From positions 1,674,001 to 1,738,000 of the forward strand of contig MU008162.1 in the NCBI GenBank assembly GCA_010909165.1: a DNA stretch of 64,000 nt, written 5' to 3'. Source of the stretch: Anthoceros angustus (taxonomy: Eukaryota > Plantae > Anthocerotophyta). The notes under the pieces were generated by a model. It saw only the letters and a list, made by a program, of their open reading frames with translations, ran no database searches and had not been told where the DNA came from. Within the stretch, counting starts at the first letter, position 1. Every line of letters begins with the position of its first letter. A program made the translations under genes and the position numbers. Shown in pieces: positions 61,798-64,000 of the stretch.

Positions 61798-64000
61798 ATG
61801 GCGGGGTTGCGCGGCTCGTGGAGGGCACTTTTGCGAGCTGCGCTCTCGGGCTCTCAAGCAGCCCACGATTGTGGACAGGCCTCATCCTTCCATGCAGTCG
61901 CGGCTAATTGGAGGATGCAGGCCGAGAGGGAAGCACCGTCGAGTAAGGAGGCTGCTGGTGACCTGTGACGTACGTGCGGGGTTTTTGGCTCCAGGAAGGT
62001 GATTCATTCGGGGTTGGTCGGTTGCTTTTGTGTAGCTCGGGAGGTGCCTATTTCCAAGGAGTTAGTGCGGATTCTGGAGCAGAGAATGATGGCAATGGAA
62101 GCTCGGCATGCTCATCTCACGCGATCGTTATCAGAGGTTTGCGTCGTCTGTCTATCCCCTTGCGTTTCAGTGTCCGTGTATTCGTCCTTGCCTGAATTTT
62201 GTGGCTGGGAAATTATGTGTTTTCCTGAAGACAGCTGGATCCGGCGTCGGAGGACATGGTGAGGATTAGCAAAGAGCTCAGCCGGATGCAAGAATGTGTG
62301 AGCCGCATTTCCGCTCTGCGAGCCAAGAGGAAGGTAGGGAGATGGTGCATCACAGGTTTTGATGATGACCTAGAGAGAGAGAGAGAGTTAGTACTGATTT
62401 TTACTGGTCCATCATTGTGGCTGGTCGCGGCAGGAGATTCGAGATCTTAGGGTGTTGGTGGATGATGCTAATGAGGATGAGGAGATGCGCAAAGTGGCTG
62501 CTGATGAACTCAAGAATGAGATGAAAGTTGAGTTGGATCTCCACGATGAGATCCTGTTTCAAATGCTCCCCAGAGATGAAGCTGATACCCGCAGCTGTAT
62601 CTTGGAAGTCCGAGCGGGTACAGGTGGGAGTGAGGCCTCCCTGTTTGCCATGGATATTTTCAAGATGTATCCATGTCTTGCAGCATTTTTCATGTTTTTG
62701 TTCACTCGGTTTATCTTCAAGGTGGGCACCTTCGTTGTGCTGTGCTTTATTACTAGGTGCTTGAGCCTCTTCTACGTGGGCTGGGTCCTTAATGTTCTCC
62801 AGGTATGAAAGATTTGCGCTGAAAAACTCGTGGGGATTTGAAGTACTGGAATTAACAGAGACTGATTTAAGTGGTTACAAGGTGAGAAGCTGGATCAGAC
62901 TGCTTTATCTTTGAACGAATGCAACATATGGTCATTTTGTCTGAGGAGTGTTAGTATTTGCTTTTTAGTGGGCAGCTCATAATGGTAAAACGCAATCTTG
63001 ATGTGTTTCTGTGGAGCAGGAAGCAAGTGCTGCAATTACAGGAGATGGGATATATGGAAAGCTGAAGTTTGAGAGCGGAGTTCACCGAGTGCAGGTAGGA
63101 TGGTTTGAGGCCTTTGAATGCACATGCGTATCATCTTTGTGAAGCCTGTAACAGCTGTGTATGAAGCCTGTACATGAAATCACTTGCAGCCAGCATAGGG
63201 ATTGTGAGCTACCCGTGTTTACCATGTGGTTCATATTTGCAGCGTGTTCCAGTGACAGAGAAAGGTGGACGTGTGCACACCAGTACAGCTTCTGTTGCTG
63301 TTCTCCCTCAGGCTGATGAGGTCTTTCCAGGTTTATCTGATGAATGAAATTTAAGTAGCTATCACCCCTCTGAGCATGATATGCAAGATACTACCTGAGC
63401 TCTGCTGATTTGCATGTTCGAAAACTGGGACTCTCTTACAGGTGGATGTGGAAGTGAAAAATGAAGAGCTTCGTGTGGATACCTATCGCTCTGGTGGATC
63501 TGGCGGTCAGCATGCGAACACTACGAGTAGTGCTGTTCGAGTCACCCACATCCCAACGGGCATTGTTGTGGCCATTCAAGATGAGAGGTCCCAACACATG
63601 GTATTATGTGCTGCCGCCTGCCTCTCTGTCTTTGGTCAATCAGGTTTCAGAACCAAGCTCCATAAGATTCCCAGCTCTAACGACTTTGCTACCGATTGTC
63701 TCACCAGAATAAGGCTAAGGCATTAAAGATTTTGAGAGCTAAGCTGTACGACAGAGAAAGGTTACGACAAATGGCATCAAGGTCGGAGCAGAGAATGGGC
63801 CAGGTACAGGCACCAACAGTCTGGGCTGCCGCTGTTTCCTCTGCAATTGTTGTGTACTATGACAGCTCACCTGCTTACCTTCTCTGGAGTTCAGATTGGA
63901 AGTGGAGACAGGTCAGAAAGGATTCGGACTTACAACTTCCCTCAAGGACGAGTGACTGATCACCGGGTTGGAATCACCCAGCACAATGTAGAGCAGCTTC
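61798..64000 (+). CDS. Organellar (probably mitochondrial) peptide chain release factor 1, multi-exon, continues past the window end
   Basis: [16 protein letters not shown]; [25 protein letters not shown] (PxT, RF1 class); [18 protein letters not shown]; [24 protein letters not shown]; transit-like exon 1 [16 protein letters not shown] (61798-61957, tentative). Confidence 0.92.

Noticed and set aside
50169-64000. Functional cluster of mitochondrial genes (carrier, NDUFAF7, RF1)
   Set aside because: They are interspersed with unrelated housekeeping genes and TEs, consistent with ordinary gene-dense chromosome.

Overview
Eukaryotic nuclear DNA from a compact-intron land plant. Short GT-AG introns and tightly packed genes suggest a bryophyte- or lycophyte-type genome (inference). 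Genes: plastidic G6PDH (3' part, present twice); three tandem PCC13-62/ferritin-like desiccation-related genes, the third fused to a long K/E-rich region with LEA-like 11-mer repeats; a malectin-like/GDPC/LRR receptor kinase; a UvrD/PcrA-type helicase with a transit-peptide-like N-terminus (5' half duplicated); an EUL lectin; XRCC2; a mitoferrin-type carrier; NDUFAF7; Yos1; RPB5; and an organellar RF1 that runs off the window end. Mobile DNA: a hAT transposon with TIRs and a perfect 8-bp TSD, a LINE ORF1-like remnant, and several deleted or nested Copia elements carrying minisatellites. Caveat: three 2-3.5 kb tandem duplications differ almost only by small indels and join at short microhomologies, and there are several short templated swaps. 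Many frameshifts and duplications are therefore probably long-read consensus or assembly errors rather than biology. The best novel-biology candidate is the LEA-like/ferritin-like fusion within the desiccation-gene cluster.
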